A stretch of 64,000 nucleotides of DNA from an uncultured Verrucomicrobiae bacterium (GTDB taxonomy: Bacteria; Verrucomicrobiota; Verrucomicrobiia; Limisphaerales; JAFGQR01): the NCBI GenBank assembly GCA_963788655.1, contig CAWBHS010000006.1, positions 64,001 to 128,000 of the forward strand. Direction: 5' to 3'. The notes below the pieces were generated by a model that worked only from the letters and a program-made list of their open reading frames with translations, was not told the origin of the DNA and ran no database searches. The position numbers and the translations under genes were made by a program. Shown piece after piece: positions 40,698 to 50,576 of the stretch (the first letter of the stretch is position 1; the number at the start of each line of letters is the position of its first letter).

Positions 40698-41249
40698 TCA
40701 AGCCGCCAATCCTTGATTGGCTTCCTGGATCAGGCGCTGCTGGTCCTCCGGAGTCAACACTTTGCCGCTGACCTTGGCGGTGGTGGCCACGACCAATTGG
40801 CCAATCTCCCGTTTTAGTTCGCTCAGCATGCGTGCGTGATCCTGCACCGCGGTTTCGCGGGCGCGGGTGATAATCTGCTCCGCCTCGGCGATGGCGCGTT
40901 GGGTTTCCTGTTCCTGCACCCGCGCGGCGGCGGCATGGGCTTCTTCGATCAATTGGTTGGCCTGTTGATTGGCCTGGGCCAGCACTTCCTGGCGCGTGGC
41001 TTCGGTTTGGGCGAGTTCCAGTTTGATCTTGTCCGCGTTGGCCAGGCCCTCGGCAATGCGTTCCCGCCGTTCTTCGAGAACTTGCAGAATTGGCTTGTAG
41101 GCGAACCGGTATAGCAAGGCCGCCACGATCGAAAAGCTGATGACCTGCGCGATAAAATGCGGCCAGTCCACGCCGAACGTGGTGGCGGTACTTTTGGCGA
41201 TGTCGGTCAGTTCACTGCCGATATCCGCGAAAAAAATCAAATGGCTCAT
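40698..41249 (-). CDS. atpF: F0F1 ATP synthase subunit b
   Basis: TM helix then YKPILQVLEERRERI and a coiled coil. Confidence 0.95.
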   Translation of the reverse strand: MSHLIFFADIGSELTDIAKSTATTFGVDWPHFIAQVISFSIVAALLYRFAYKPILQVLEERRERIAEGLANADKIKLELAQTEATRQEVLAQANQQANQLIEEAHAAAARVQEQETQRAIAEAEQIITRARETAVQDHARMLSELKREIGQLVVATTAKVSGKVLTPEDQQRLIQEANQGLAA

Positions 41250-41313
41250 AGCGTAACTGAATTGGCGCGGGGCAAGGGAGGATGCGGAACCGTGAGGGCT
41301 CCGCACCGCCCAA

Positions 41314-41577
41314 TTACTTCACCAGGAAGATGGCATAGAACACGATGGCTTCGGCGAAGGCGATCGCCAAAATGGCTTGCACCAGGATTTTGGTCGCCGC
41401 GCCGGGATTGCGCCCAACGGCTTCGGAAGCTTTCATGCCAATGAACCCGACGCCGATGGCCCCGCCGAGCGCGGCCAGACCGACGTGCAGGTTGCCAGTC
41501 ACTCCTACTGCTTTCGCCGCTTCGGTGACCGGTTGGGCCATGTCGGCGGCGGCGGCAAACATTGTAGGTATCCACAT
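41314..41577 (-). CDS. atpE: F0F1 ATP synthase subunit c
   Basis: GxGxxG helix, GRNP loop, carboxylate in AFAEAIVFY. Confidence 0.96.
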   Translation of the reverse strand: MWIPTMFAAAADMAQPVTEAAKAVGVTGNLHVGLAALGGAIGVGFIGMKASEAVGRNPGAATKILVQAILAIAFAEAIVFYAIFLVK

Positions 41578-41657
41578 AATAGTTGTCCTTTCGTTGCTGT
41601 TCTCAGCGGCTCCCGCGATTGAACACGGTCAAACCGCCGAAAGAGTTAAAGTCAAAA

Positions 41658-42620
41658 TTAATGGGCTGTTTTCTCGTGTTCTTCATCGTGCATGCAGATC
41701 AGCAAAGTGAACACCGCCGTTAGCAGCATGAACACCATGGCTTGGACAATCCCGACCAGCAGTTCCATAAAGTAAAAGGGAACGGGCAACAACATGCGGG
41801 ACAGCGTGGCTGCCCAGGCTGGGTGTTGGACCATGTTGGCCATGGTTTCCAACATGTTCTCGCCGGCAAAGATGTTGCCATACAATCGGAAGCTCAGCGA
41901 AATGGGCCGGAACAGGATCGACAGGATTTCCAGGAAACCGACGAGGAAAAAAATGGCAATCATCAGCAGGCGAAGCACGCCGGTCGTGTCTCCCTTGGGG
42001 CCGAACAGATGAAGAAAGAAGCCTTTGACGCCGTTGGATTGCAACGCCCAGACGATCCACAGCGCAAAGAAGATCAGCGCCATCGCAAAGGTCATGTTCA
42101 AGTCGGCGTTGGCCCCGCGCAGATAGGGATCGATGACGTGGAAACCATGAGGGCCTTGCACCCCGTCGCCGATGGTCCCCACTCCCGGGATCAAGCCAAA
42201 CCAGTTGCTGAAGAGAATGAAAATGAAGATCGTCGCAAAAAACCAAAAGGTCTTCTTGACCAGTTCCGGTCCGATGATGCCTTCGAGAAAGTTGTAGAGA
42301 ATTTCCACCAGCCACTCCCAAAAGTTCTGCGCGCCGGAGGGAACTGCCTGAACCCGGCGCGTGGCAAACCGCGCAAAACCAATGAGCAGCACGGCCACAA
42401 TCCAGGTCGCGACCATCGAATTGCTGATAGGCAGCGGGCCGACGTGGGTCAGGTCGGGTGCGGCCTGCGGTACGCCATGATGCTCGCCGGCCGCGGGGGC
42501 AACGGCCGCCGGCCCCGCAACCGGTGGAGAAACGGCAGCGGAGGCATCGGCCCCCACACTCAAGCGGGCTGAACCAGCCATCAACAAGAGCAGGACTGCA
42601 ATTGTCTTTAGTAAATGCAT
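41658..42620 (-). CDS. atpB: F0F1 ATP synthase subunit a (N-terminal signal-like extension)
   Basis: SNWFGLIPG, RPISLSFRLYGNIFAGE, ELLVGIVQAMVF; start uncertain (42620 or 42635). Confidence 0.95.
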   Translation of the reverse strand: MHLLKTIAVLLLLMAGSARLSVGADASAAVSPPVAGPAAVAPAAGEHHGVPQAAPDLTHVGPLPISNSMVATWIVAVLLIGFARFATRRVQAVPSGAQNFWEWLVEILYNFLEGIIGPELVKKTFWFFATIFIFILFSNWFGLIPGVGTIGDGVQGPHGFHVIDPYLRGANADLNMTFAMALIFFALWIVWALQSNGVKGFFLHLFGPKGDTTGVLRLLMIAIFFLVGFLEILSILFRPISLSFRLYGNIFAGENMLETMANMVQHPAWAATLSRMLLPVPFYFMELLVGIVQAMVFMLLTAVFTLLICMHDEEHEKTAH

Positions 42621-42916
42621 CAAATTTCTAACCATTATGAACGAGACCTGATAATCTCGCCGACGAGAAAAATCCGACGTTTTGCCGAAAGCGGCGCAAA
42701 AGTTGCCCAAGGATGAATCATTTCACAAGAAGTTTTTGAGTAAAAGTGAGCACCGCGAACCACCGGGGCCGAACATCCCTGGCAGAAGGGGTTTCCTCAC
42801 CGAAGTCGCCTATGCGGGGCCAGCGGTTTTCGCTGGACAGGAGGCGACCATTATTTCAAAACCGTCAGAGAATAAGATGGTCGCCGTCGGACCTCTGGTT
42901 ATACTCAGGCACACGT

Positions 42917-43822
42917 ATGGTTACCGCTGACATACCAAACAAGTTTAAGCAGTTCGAGATTCCGGACCGGGTCACGATTCTGGAGGGCAACGGAGAACTG
43001 CCGAAAATCGAAGCCGTCTCGGACTGGGGCACGGCGGAGATTTACTTTCAAGGGGCACACGTGACCGACTTCCACAAGCGGGGGGAGGCGCCCTTATTAT
43101 TTATCAGCCAATGCAGCCAGTTTGCTGGTGGCCATCCGATCCGGGGCGGCATTCCGGTGATCTTGCCCTGGTTCGGCGCGCGGGAAGGCGTGCCGACCCA
43201 CGGTTTTGCCCGGGCCACCGAATGGGATTTGCACGAAGCCATTTCCCTGCCCGAAGGCGGCGTAAGCCTGCGCTTTGGTTTTCCCGAGACCGCTCTCAGC
43301 GCCACGTATCCACCCTTCAGTGCCAATTATGTGGTGACCGTGGCCAACGTCTTGAATCTGGAGTTGATCATTACCAACCTTTCCCGAGAACAGCCGCTGA
43401 CGTTCGAAAACTGCCTCCATACCTATTTCAATGTCGGAGCCATTTCCGACGTGTCCATCGTCGGCCTGAACGGAGTCACCTACCTGGACAAAACCGACAA
43501 TTTCACCGCCAAGGAAGAGAAGGCGGAGGCCATCAAAATCGCCGCGGAAGTGGATCGCATCTACCTCGACACCACCGGAACCATCGAAGTTCTCGATGCC
43601 AAACTGGGCCGCAAAATCCGCATCGAAAAAAGTGGTTCGGCTTCGACCGTGTTGTGGAATCCCTGGGTGAACAAGTCCCAACAGATGCCGGATTTCGGCA
43701 ACGACGAATATCAACGGATGGTGTGCGTGGAATCGGGCAACGTTGACAAAAACAAAATCACCCTGCCCCCCGGAAAATCCAACGTGATGAAAGTCACCTT
43801 GCGCAGCGAGCCGCTCACTTGA
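42917..43822 (+). CDS. D-hexose-6-phosphate mutarotase (aldose 1-epimerase family, YeaD-like)
   Basis: IRGGIPVILPWFG, HGFAR, LHTYF, VLWNPW, MVCVE. Confidence 0.92.
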   Translation: MVTADIPNKFKQFEIPDRVTILEGNGELPKIEAVSDWGTAEIYFQGAHVTDFHKRGEAPLLFISQCSQFAGGHPIRGGIPVILPWFGAREGVPTHGFARATEWDLHEAISLPEGGVSLRFGFPETALSATYPPFSANYVVTVANVLNLELIITNLSREQPLTFENCLHTYFNVGAISDVSIVGLNGVTYLDKTDNFTAKEEKAEAIKIAAEVDRIYLDTTGTIEVLDAKLGRKIRIEKSGSASTVLWNPWVNKSQQMPDFGNDEYQRMVCVESGNVDKNKITLPPGKSNVMKVTLRSEPLT

Positions 43823-43930
43823 ACGCGGTTGAAGAATTGAAGCGCAAAGCGTTGCAAGGGACGTGGAATGTCCGCGGCTAGGGGATATTCGTTGGGACCA
43901 AGAATTTGCGATACGTGACTTATTCCTTCC

Positions 43931-45352
43931 ATGCCTGAAGCCGATTTATCCGGATTGAGCATCCTGATCGTCGAGGACGAATCATTACTGCGCAAACAAC
44001 TCGCGGCCGAGCTGGAGCGTTTGCGCGCCGATGTGACCGGCGTGGGCACGCTGGCCGCCGCCCGCCAATGGGCTGGTGAACAGGGATTTGATTTTATCTT
44101 GCTGGACGTGCATCTGCCGGACGGACAAGGCACCGATCTGCTCAAGGACAAGGTGTTCTCGCCCGCCGCCGGCGTCATTGTGATGACTGCACACGGCGAC
44201 GTCACCGGCGCCGTGGAAGCCATCCGGTTGGGGGCGTTGGATTACTTGGTGAAACCGCTGGAAGCCGGTGAACTGCCGCTGATTGTCGCCCGCGCGCGCC
44301 GCACCCGGCAATCGGCCCGGTTGGACGAACACCGCCGTCAGGACACCGCGCAAACCGGCGAGGATTTTTACTTCGGCACGTCCCTGGCCGAAATGCAGAA
44401 ACAGTTGGCGAAGATCATTGCCGCGGACCAGCGCATGCAATCCCATTTGCCGCCCGTGCTGATCCAGGGTGATACCGGCACCGGCAAAACGACGATTGCC
44501 CGTTGGTTGCACAACCGGGGACCACGCGCCGCGCAACCGCTGGTGGAAATGAACTGTTCCGCCCTGCCGGAAACGTTGGCAGAATCCGAACTGTTCGGCC
44601 ACGAACGCGGCGCCTTTACGGATGCCCGCGCCGCCCGCATGGGATTGTTCGAAGCGGCCAATGGCGGCACGTTGTTCCTGGATGAATTACCAAGCCTGGC
44701 TTCCGGGTTGCAGGCCAAGGTGCTGAAGACCCTGGAAGACCACCGTATTCGTCGCCTGGGCGGCACGCGGGAAATTCCCATTGACGTGCGGGTCATTGCC
44801 GCCACGCACCGCGATCTCAAACAACTCATGGCCGCGGGCCAGTTTCGCGAAGATCTGTATCACCGCCTGGACTTATACCGCGTGCATATCCCTCCGTTGC
44901 GCGACCGAGGCGACGACATCATCAAGCTGGCCGAAAACCTGGTCGGTCAATTGTGTCAGCGCCACCGGTTGCCCCGCAAACGCGTCACGGCCAACGGACG
45001 ACAGCGCTTGCTGGCCTATCCCTGGCCGGGGAATGTGCGTGAATTGTCGCACGAATTGGAACGGGCCATTGTCTTCGAGGAAAGCCAGCAATTGGACTTC
45101 GCACAGCTTCAATCCTCACCCGTCACACCGGCCACGTCGGTTCCTGCAATCGATCCCGATGATTGGTTCAATCCGGCGTTCCGCTTTCCATCGGAAGGTT
45201 TTGACCTCGAGGCCGCCATCGGGCGAATGATTCAACATGCCTTGAGTCAGACCAACGGAAATGTCTCCGCCGCCGCGCGATTGCTGGGGGTCACCCGCGA
45301 TTACCTCCGCTACCGGCTCGCCGGCCAAAAACAGCCGCCCGCGGCGGACTGA
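43931..45352 (+). CDS. Sigma-54-dependent response regulator (REC-AAA+-HTH, NtrC family)
   Basis: ILIVEDE, LLDVHLPD, GDTGTGKT, ESELFGHERGAFTDA, FREDLYHRL, WPGNVREL, NVSAAARLLG. Confidence 0.95.
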   Translation: MPEADLSGLSILIVEDESLLRKQLAAELERLRADVTGVGTLAAARQWAGEQGFDFILLDVHLPDGQGTDLLKDKVFSPAAGVIVMTAHGDVTGAVEAIRLGALDYLVKPLEAGELPLIVARARRTRQSARLDEHRRQDTAQTGEDFYFGTSLAEMQKQLAKIIAADQRMQSHLPPVLIQGDTGTGKTTIARWLHNRGPRAAQPLVEMNCSALPETLAESELFGHERGAFTDARAARMGLFEAANGGTLFLDELPSLASGLQAKVLKTLEDHRIRRLGGTREIPIDVRVIAATHRDLKQLMAAGQFREDLYHRLDLYRVHIPPLRDRGDDIIKLAENLVGQLCQRHRLPRKRVTANGRQRLLAYPWPGNVRELSHELERAIVFEESQQLDFAQLQSSPVTPATSVPAIDPDDWFNPAFRFPSEGFDLEAAIGRMIQHALSQTNGNVSAAARLLGVTRDYLRYRLAGQKQPPAAD

Positions 45353-45354
45353 CG

Positions 45355-45470
45355 GTAGGAAAGGCGGCCTGCCTGTCCCGGACGCTGCGAAACGTCTAAT
45401 TTCAAATTGCACTGCCAACTACCAATGGGGCCATCCTGGACCTTCGGGACAGCCGAGACGGCTGTCCTAC
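45355..45470. repeat. REPIN-like element, family A, filling the gap between convergent genes
   Basis: gtaggaaaggcggcctgcctgtcccgga...ttcgggacagccgagacggctgtcctac; final C shared with the stop codon of the reverse gene. Confidence 0.82.
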
Positions 45471-46579
45471 TACAGGCTGTCCACGTACTTCTGCATGGCC
45501 TCTTCCTGTTTGATGATGGATTCCACCAGTTTGAACTGCGTGCGGCAGCGGTCGAGGTTGTGGTGCGGACGATGGACCCGGAAATACGTGTCTCCTTGGA
45601 GGTAGTCGGTCAAAAACCGGATGCCGATGGTGTAAGTGATCAGTTTGCCGGCAAACGCAATGAAGGATCTTTCCTTCTTCTTGAGAAACGGACTGGCGGC
45701 CTCGAGGTAACCGCGCGCAAGGGCCTTGAACATCGGCATTTGCATGCGGACCTGCGTCAGGTCCAATTCGTCCTCCGGCGTGGGGCTGGTCGTGGTGCGG
45801 ACAATGTCGCCGAAATCGTAATGAACCAGGCCAGGCATCACGGTGTCCAAATCCACCACGGCCAGGGCGCGGCCGGTGGCATTGTCGAGCATCACGTTGT
45901 TGAACTTGGTGTCGTTGTGAGTGATCCGTTCCGGAATCTCGCCCTTCTTTAACGCGTTGAGAAGCACGTCCACAATCGGCTCCAGTTGCAACGCAAAATC
46001 GATTTCCTTCTGCGCCTCTTGGGCCCGATTGCGACTGTCAGCCTTGATCGCGGCTTGCAGGGCGAGGAAACGTTTGCGCGTGTTGTGGAAGTCTGGAATG
46101 GTCTCCGCCAGCCGTTTGCCGGGCAGATCGGCCAGGAGACATTGGAACTTGCCGAACGCGAAACCCGCCTCGTAAGCCTGTTCGGGCGACTGCACCGCTT
46201 CGTAGGTCTGGGCGTTTTCAATGAACACGAACGTCCGCCAGCACTCCCCGTCGCCATTGCAATAATAGGATTTGCCTTCGTGCGTGGGGATGATCACCAG
46301 GGCTTTGCGAGTAATGTCGCTTTCACTATTGGCGACCAGTTTCCGGCGCAAATGCTGCGTCACGCGGGTGACGTTGTCCATCACCTCCATGGGCTTGCGA
46401 AACACGGAGGTGTTGATGCGCTGGTGAATGTAGCGCACCGCGACGCCGCCCTGATTATAGGTGGCGGTGTAGGTTTCGTTGATATGCCCGATTTTGCACG
46501 GCTCCGCGTGTTGAATCTCCCCGTAAATCTGGAACTGCTTCGAGACGTCCAGCAACCTCTCTTCTTTGTAAATAGCCAT
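45470..46579 (-). CDS. APH/choline-kinase-fold phosphotransferase (N-acetylhexosamine kinase-like)
   Basis: GHINETY, ETIPDFHNT, THNDTKFNN, VDLDTVMPG, YDFGD, RFLTDYL. Confidence 0.88.
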   Translation of the reverse strand: MAIYKEERLLDVSKQFQIYGEIQHAEPCKIGHINETYTATYNQGGVAVRYIHQRINTSVFRKPMEVMDNVTRVTQHLRRKLVANSESDITRKALVIIPTHEGKSYYCNGDGECWRTFVFIENAQTYEAVQSPEQAYEAGFAFGKFQCLLADLPGKRLAETIPDFHNTRKRFLALQAAIKADSRNRAQEAQKEIDFALQLEPIVDVLLNALKKGEIPERITHNDTKFNNVMLDNATGRALAVVDLDTVMPGLVHYDFGDIVRTTTSPTPEDELDLTQVRMQMPMFKALARGYLEAASPFLKKKERSFIAFAGKLITYTIGIRFLTDYLQGDTYFRVHRPHHNLDRCRTQFKLVESIIKQEEAMQKYVDSL

Positions 46580-46792
46580 CGATCGGTTTTCCTCTGGTTG
46601 TGCGCTCTGATACTCTTTGTTCCTGGGGGAATTACCGTTTCCTGGCAGACCAAGTCTGCAAATGCCCCCGGAAGTTATTTTGGCAGAACTATAGTGAGCC
46701 CTGGCCAAACCTAAAGCAGATTTTTCGTTCAATGCACTTGCCACGCCGAGCATGCGCGGATGAGCAACATTTTCCATGCCGATTACCGGGCA

Positions 46793-47785
46793 TTAACTCC
46801 CCTGGCGCCGCCAAGCGCTGAGGATTTCATCGCACACCACGTCAAGCTGCGGCTTCAGGTTCTGCTGGTCCGGATGCGCCCGGAACCAGGCAACCGATTC
46901 GCGCACGCCCACCCGAAACGGTTTGCGGCATTGGAAGCCGGGCACCAGTCGCTTGAGTTTTGAATTGTCAAAGACTCCTGGATGCGCCTTGTCGCCTTTC
47001 AATGGGCCAGTCATCTGCGAAGCCACGCCGCAAATAAACTCGGTGGGCACCTTCACAATGTCTGGCGATGACACGCCCAGAGCGGATGCGATCTCCGCAT
47101 AGATTTGGTTCCACGTGAGCACTTCATCGCTCGTGATATGAACGGCCTCTCCCAGGGCCTCAGTTTTACCGATCAGACCGCCCAATCCAGGGGCGAAGTC
47201 GCTTGAGGCCGTCAGCGTCCAAGGCGTCTCGCCATCATCGGGCATGAATACCGGTTTGCCCTGTTCCAGGCGCGCGGCAAAGGTGTAGCTTGAGCTGGAC
47301 AGTAGATTGGGAATCCAACGCTCCGAATACGTATGGGACGGACGGACAATCGTGACCGGAAAGCGCGTTTCCTGCCACTGCTGCCGCAACCATTCTTCGC
47401 ACGCTACCTTCTTTTGCGCGTATTCCCAAAAGGCATTGCCCAGCGGCGCGTCCTCGGTCACGGGCAACTGCCGGGGCGGCTTGGCATAAACGGTGGCGGA
47501 GCTGATAAAAACATATTGTTGCACCCGGTTCCGGAACAACTCGCCATCAAGCTGCACGTCCTCCAACTCATAGCCCAGGAAATTGACCACCACGTCGGGC
47601 GAGACGTTCGCCAGGGCGGCGCGCATCATCGAGGGATTCTTCCGATCCGCTTGGATGGCCGTGTAAATGGAGGGCACGGCGCTCACGCCCCGGCTGAGCA
47701 CCAGGATTTCGTGTCCCTGCTCGTAAAGCCAAGCCGCGCACGCCGCGGAGATGTTGCCGGTGCCGCCCAGGAAAAGGATCTTCAT
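46793..47785 (-). CDS. NAD-dependent epimerase/dehydratase (extended SDR)
   Basis: LFLGGTGNIS, FISSATVY, YAQKK, IVRPSHTY. Confidence 0.9.
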   Translation of the reverse strand: MKILFLGGTGNISAACAAWLYEQGHEILVLSRGVSAVPSIYTAIQADRKNPSMMRAALANVSPDVVVNFLGYELEDVQLDGELFRNRVQQYVFISSATVYAKPPRQLPVTEDAPLGNAFWEYAQKKVACEEWLRQQWQETRFPVTIVRPSHTYSERWIPNLLSSSSYTFAARLEQGKPVFMPDDGETPWTLTASSDFAPGLGGLIGKTEALGEAVHITSDEVLTWNQIYAEIASALGVSSPDIVKVPTEFICGVASQMTGPLKGDKAHPGVFDNSKLKRLVPGFQCRKPFRVGVRESVAWFRAHPDQQNLKPQLDVVCDEILSAWRRQGS

Positions 47786-47866
47786 AAATCAAGAGGTTGG
47801 ATCGTTTGTTTTGGTGCTTGTGCCGTGTTCCCTAATCCGCTTGGTGGCGAAGTTGCGGCTGACAGT

Positions 47867-48583
47867 TTACGTCCACCCTGTTCTTACCAAACAGATGATG
47901 CTCGGCAAACAGCCAGCCATTTGCGCGCGGGCGGGGATAATCCCCGAAGGTGATGTGTTCCGCTGGTTTCGCATTCTCACTCGGAAGAAATAGAAGGCCA
48001 CCGAACCCAGGATCAGCAGGATCACGCCGACGATAATGACCGCAGCCACCGTCCGCAGGGTTTTGGCCTGCCGATACATTTTTTCCCGCTGTTCCTTTTC
48101 AGCGGTCTTGAACAACTCAAATTCCTGGTCCAGCGACAGGGCGGCAGCCACGGGTTCGTCTTTCAACTTAAGGCACAGCCAAGGACGGTCGTCACCAGCG
48201 AACGCTTCCGGTAGCTTGGACCGCAGTTCGTCCCCGACGTCCAGAAATCCGTTGGCATGGTAGAAGGGCGTGGCCAACTGGGTCCAAACCCGGAACAATC
48301 CGTGGTTCTTCATGATGATCTGCATCCGCTGCAGCAGATGATCCCGCATCGGGTCCGCTTCCTCCGGCAAGGCGAACGCTTCACTGTGCAAGCAGCCTTC
48401 CATCCCGACGATTTGCAATCCCAGCGTTCCCCGGAGGTCGCCGCCATTCGTTTCGACCACCTGGAATTCCTTGAACCGCTTGCTCAGGCTTTCGCTGGGC
48501 AGCCCCTCAGCTTCCCAAAGTGCCATCAGCTTGGGTAAATCTTCAATTGTCGCCCGGCGAACCTGCAGGTCCGGTGTTGTCAT
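47867..48583 (-). CDS. Hypothetical membrane-anchored protein with a GNAT-like N-terminal domain
   Basis: QVRRATIEDLPKL, FYHANGF, C-terminal TM helix; it is the 3' part of the 760-aa antisense ORF. Confidence 0.65.
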   Translation of the reverse strand: MTTPDLQVRRATIEDLPKLMALWEAEGLPSESLSKRFKEFQVVETNGGDLRGTLGLQIVGMEGCLHSEAFALPEEADPMRDHLLQRMQIIMKNHGLFRVWTQLATPFYHANGFLDVGDELRSKLPEAFAGDDRPWLCLKLKDEPVAAALSLDQEFELFKTAEKEQREKMYRQAKTLRTVAAVIIVGVILLILGSVAFYFFRVRMRNQRNTSPSGIIPARAQMAGCLPSIICLVRTGWT

Positions 48584-48766
48584 CGCCGCCATCATAAGGA
48601 CCGGATAATTCTCGTAAAGCCTTACGTGCAATGCGGGGGCGCACACAACAAGGCCACTCGACCGTAACGGGTTCGATGTCGCCAAGCCGGGAGGGAAAGC
48701 GGTGCCCCATGACGAAAAAGATTGGCTAGCCGGTCGGTTCCGTGTTTCATCCCTGCCTGTTTGCTT

Positions 48767-50272
48767 ATGCCGAAGCGCACCGACATACATTCCGTCCTCA
48801 TCATAGGCGCCGGTCCGATCATCATCGGCCAGGCGTGCGAGTTTGATTATTCGGGCACCCAAGCCTGCAAGTCGCTCAAGGAAGAAGGCTTCCGCGTGAT
48901 CCTGGTCAACTCCAATCCGGCCACGATCATGACCGATCCGGAGTTCGCGGACCGCACCTACATTGAACCGATCACGCCGGAGTGCGTCGAGAAAATCATC
49001 GCCCGCGAGGTGGCGGAATTGGCGCGCCTGAAAGCCCCCGGCAAATTGGTGCTGTTGCCGACCTTGGGTGGTCAAACCGCCCTCAACACCGCCATGGCCC
49101 TCAACCAGCGGGGCACTTTGGAAAAATACGGCGTCGAGATGATCGGCGCCAATGCGGGAGCCATCCAGCGCGGCGAAGACCGCCAGGTGTTCAAAGAGTT
49201 GATGCTGTCCATCGGGTTGGACGTACCGGTCAGCGGCATCGCGCACAACCTCGAGGAAGCCCGCGCCATGACGGAAAAAATCGGCCGGTTTCCCGTGATC
49301 ATTCGACCTGCTTTTACGCTCGGGGGCACCGGCGGCGGCACCGCTTACAACCGCGAGGAGTTTGAGGAGTTGGCCAAAAAGGGCATCGACTTGTCGCCCG
49401 TGAACGAGATTTTGGTCGAGGAATCGCTGCTGGGGTGGAAGGAATACGAAATGGAAGTGATGCGCGACAAGAACGACAATTGCGTCATCATTTGTTCGAT
49501 CGAGAACTTCGATCCCATGGGGGTTCATACCGGCGATTCCATCACCGTGGCGCCGACGCAGACGCTGACCGACAAAGAATTCCAAATCATGCGGGATGCC
49601 AGTTTCGCCGTAATCCGCGCGGTGGGCGTCGAGACGGGCGGCTCGAACATCCAGTTTGCCGTCAGTCCGGACAACGGTCGCATGGTGATCATCGAAATGA
49701 ATCCGCGCGTCTCGCGCAGTTCGGCGCTGGCCAGTAAGGCGACTGGTTTTCCGATTGCCAAAATTGCCGCGAAACTCGCGGTGGGTTACCTGCTCGACGA
49801 GATTCCCAACGACATCACCCGGGAAACCCCGGCCAGTTTCGAACCCACCATCGATTACGTGGTGGTGAAAGTGCCGCGTTTTGCGTTCGAGAAATTTTCC
49901 CAGGCCGATCCGACGTTGAACACGCAAATGAAGAGCGTCGGCGAAGCGATGTCCATCGGGCGCACGTTCAAGGAAAGCCTCCAAAAATGCCTGCGCTCGC
50001 TGGAAATTGGCCACTACGGTCTGGGCGGTGATGGCAAACCGTGGCGGGTGGGCAATGATCTCTTTGCCGACCGCGAGGTGCTGCCCCGGGACTTGATTAC
50101 CCGCAAACTCAGCACGCCTAACGCCGAACGAATCTTCTTTGTTCGCCACGCCTTTCGGGCCGGCTTCACTATTGAAGAACTGTTCGAACTCACCAAAATC
50201 GACCGCTGGTTTCTAACCCAGGTCAAGGAAATCGTGGACTTCGAGGAGGAGTTGGCGGAATCCAAGAATTGA
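48767..50272 (+). CDS. carB: Carbamoyl-phosphate synthase large subunit, N-terminal half only (501 aa)
   Basis: [52 protein letters not shown]; stops after IDRWFL...EEELAESKN. Confidence 0.93.
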   Translation: MPKRTDIHSVLIIGAGPIIIGQACEFDYSGTQACKSLKEEGFRVILVNSNPATIMTDPEFADRTYIEPITPECVEKIIAREVAELARLKAPGKLVLLPTLGGQTALNTAMALNQRGTLEKYGVEMIGANAGAIQRGEDRQVFKELMLSIGLDVPVSGIAHNLEEARAMTEKIGRFPVIIRPAFTLGGTGGGTAYNREEFEELAKKGIDLSPVNEILVEESLLGWKEYEMEVMRDKNDNCVIICSIENFDPMGVHTGDSITVAPTQTLTDKEFQIMRDASFAVIRAVGVETGGSNIQFAVSPDNGRMVIIEMNPRVSRSSALASKATGFPIAKIAAKLAVGYLLDEIPNDITRETPASFEPTIDYVVVKVPRFAFEKFSQADPTLNTQMKSVGEAMSIGRTFKESLQKCLRSLEIGHYGLGGDGKPWRVGNDLFADREVLPRDLITRKLSTPNAERIFFVRHAFRAGFTIEELFELTKIDRWFLTQVKEIVDFEEELAESKN

Positions 50273-50288
50273 GCTGAGAGCTCAATTC
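50266..50288. terminator. Short perfect hairpin overlapping the carB stop codon
   Basis: gaattgagct-gag-agctcaattc, 10-bp stem; no U-tract, so terminator function is doubtful. Confidence 0.3.
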
Positions 50289-50576
50289 CGATAAGGCTTG
50301 GGCGGTTGGGCGCACGGCACCTCGAGGGAAGGAGCGTCAGAGTCAAGCATACGGTTTTGAAGTCCGGGCCAATACGGCAGCGCCAGACAACGAGCGCCGA
50401 CTGTAATCCTTGCCCCGGCCTGAGGCAAGCGTCCGCCCCGCGAAATTCGACGCTTCGCGGCCGCAGCCATTCACGTCGCTACGCCGCTGAAGTGGGAGGG
50501 GTTTGATTTCACCGAACAGAAATGGACGATCCGTTGCCCGAGGTGGAGAACAGTCCTCCGACGGCGCTCTGGAAGC

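Noticed and set aside
42690..42708. GG-N10-GC motif (cggcgcaaaagttgcc) as a sigma-54 promoter
   Set aside because: Only a partial consensus match in GC-rich DNA; cannot be supported without expression data.
44600..44630. GAFTDA instead of GAFTGA in the sigma-54 activator
   Set aside because: A common natural variant of the motif; not evidence of novelty.
47867..50149. 760-aa reverse ORF
   Set aside because: The first two thirds are the antisense shadow of carB; only the last part (from about 48583) looks like a real protein.
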